From Verrucomicrobiota bacterium (GTDB lineage Bacteria; Verrucomicrobiota; Kiritimatiellia; RFP12; UBA1067): 38,281 nt of DNA. The stretch spans positions 1 through 38,281 of the forward strand of contig JAEEHL010000029.1 in NCBI GenBank assembly GCA_016280825.1, in the 5' to 3' direction. A model generated the notes under the pieces. It saw nothing but the letters and a program-made list of their open reading frames with translations, searched no databases and was not told the origin of the DNA. Shown here in pieces: positions 37,152 through 38,281 of the stretch. Position 1 is the first letter of the stretch. The number at the start of each line of letters is the position of its first letter. The translations under genes were made by a program, and so were the position numbers.

Positions 37152-37997
37152 ATGCGGAAGAGAAGTAGAGTCGCTTGGTGCAAGAAAACAGCAATGGCGT
37201 GTGCCATGATGCTGCTTTCCTGTATTGCCTTTGCAGACATTGAGGACAAGCTAATCAACTTCTCAATATCTGGCTCCGACTGCTATGCCGACGGTACGCC
37301 GGTCATGGTCGGGGAGTGCTATGCCCTCGTCTGGTCTCCCCAGGGCAAGACGTTTTCCGGCTTCAACGCAGACGGCACTGCGGTTTCCTCAGGCGACCGC
37401 GTAGTCATGGCCGCGCCGCTTGCCATAGGCAAGGATCACCCATGCCAGTTCCAGGTTCCCAAGGACGAATACGCCGAGCTCGAGGGCGGCGAATGGGCCG
37501 TGTGCCTCGTAGATACGCGCAAGGCGGACGGCACGCCCGCCGGTGTCGTGGACGACGTGCCTCTCCGCGTCAATCGCTGGGGGTTCGTCGGCAGCAACGT
37601 CAATGTGTCGTCTGCATCGGCCCTCACCTCGTTCCTGGGCGGGTCGAAGTCGGCCAAGTCGCCTGCTCGCAGCGGCGCCAAGGCAGCGTCGGTCGAGGAG
37701 CCAATTCCCGAAGATGACGGCGAGGCCGGCGCCTGCGCGAGCGAGCTTTCGGCGGTGCCTGCCACGGCGACGACGCCCCAGATCACGAAGTTCGAGATCG
37801 TGAACGGCCGGGCGAAGCTTACGGTGGCGGATACCGTGCCATACCTTACTTACACCCTTTCAGCCGGCGAAACACCCTTTGCCCTTGCCACGGATGCAGC
37901 AGCTGACGCGGTCGACGGCAATCCTGGCGCGGAAATCGAGATCGAGACGGACGCGACGGATACAACCCGCTTCTTCAGAGTGACAAGGGCCGAATAG
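37152..37997 (+). CDS. Secreted hypothetical protein: two beta-rich domains joined by an Ala/Ser/Lys/Glu linker, C-terminal RFFRV motif
   Basis: Signal peptide ending IAFA|D, low-complexity linker, terminal TRFFRVTRAE. Confidence 0.75.
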   Translation: MRKRSRVAWCKKTAMACAMMLLSCIAFADIEDKLINFSISGSDCYADGTPVMVGECYALVWSPQGKTFSGFNADGTAVSSGDRVVMAAPLAIGKDHPCQFQVPKDEYAELEGGEWAVCLVDTRKADGTPAGVVDDVPLRVNRWGFVGSNVNVSSASALTSFLGGSKSAKSPARSGAKAASVEEPIPEDDGEAGACASELSAVPATATTPQITKFEIVNGRAKLTVADTVPYLTYTLSAGETPFALATDAAADAVDGNPGAEIEIETDATDTTRFFRVTRAE

Positions 37998-38014
37998 GGG
38001 GAAGGAGGGTGAGA

Positions 38015-38281
38015 ATGAAACGATTTGCCATGATTTATCTCGCGGCGGTTTTTGCCGCGTTTGGCGTGAATGCGGCCGATTCGCTCACGTTGGCCGACTT
38101 CAACCACAAGATAAAGCTGATGGTCGCGGGGTACACCAACGAAACGACGCTCGTCAACTTCCCCGTCCTGGTGCGCGTGTCGGAGACGCGCATCCCCGGC
38201 TTCCGCTTTGCGGACATGTCCGCGAAAAACGTGAACGGGAAGGCGATGGGCTTTGACCTGGCCTTCTTTGCGGAAGACGGC
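38015..38281 (+). CDS. Secreted DUF2341-domain protein (3'-truncated; absent from the ORF track)
   Basis: GGAGG RBS. Translation MKRFAMIYLAAVFAAFGVNAADSL...VAGYTNETTLVNFPVLVRVSETRIPGFRFADM...GFDLAFFAEDG matches the L.NFPVLVR..GF..G.DL.F..DG pattern that opens DUF2341 regions. Confidence 0.75.
   Translation, partial: MKRFAMIYLAAVFAAFGVNAADSLTLADFNHKIKLMVAGYTNETTLVNFPVLVRVSETRIPGFRFADMSAKNVNGKAMGFDLAFFAEDG

Noticed and set aside
35413-38281. umuDC as marker of a prophage/ICE
   Set aside because: No integrase, att site, tRNA, transposase or conjugation gene visible in the window.

Overview
GC-rich bacterial chromosomal segment. Gene content and protein style suggest a PVC-superphylum anaerobe such as Kiritimatiellia; this is inference only. 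About 31 protein-coding genes, all on + except yggS, and both terminal genes are truncated by the window. Housekeeping genes: Na/Pi cotransporter, LptF/G permease, GT2 and GT4 glycosyltransferases, YdcF, yggS, rpoD, DJ-1, mlaE, alr, ribH, PPi-PFK, mazG, rsmB, an AddA-like helicase-nuclease, a G1P dehydrogenase family protein, tatA, uvrC, an AGCS symporter and umuDC. Four large secreted glycoside-hydrolase-like proteins and several unusual membrane or pseudo-enzyme proteins are interspersed. I found no rRNA, tRNA, CRISPR array, transposase, integrase or recognisable defence system. The best candidates for something undescribed are: (1) a coupled three-gene unit of a secreted helical-barrel-like protein, a bitopic protein carrying only the PilC/GspF-like N-terminal motif, and a CxxC-less TlpA-like protein; (2) a 1.3-kaa secreted GH42-like protein with internal HEAT repeats; (3) a membrane-anchored RRM protein after rpoD; (4) a catalytically degenerate HAD protein coupled to mazG; (5) 7-bp tandem repeats, one lying in frame inside umuD; (6) a putative C-terminal export domain ending RFFRV. 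An extended -10 motif (TGRTAWAMT) recurs at nearly every transcription-unit start. All family calls come from motifs recognised by eye, with no database search.
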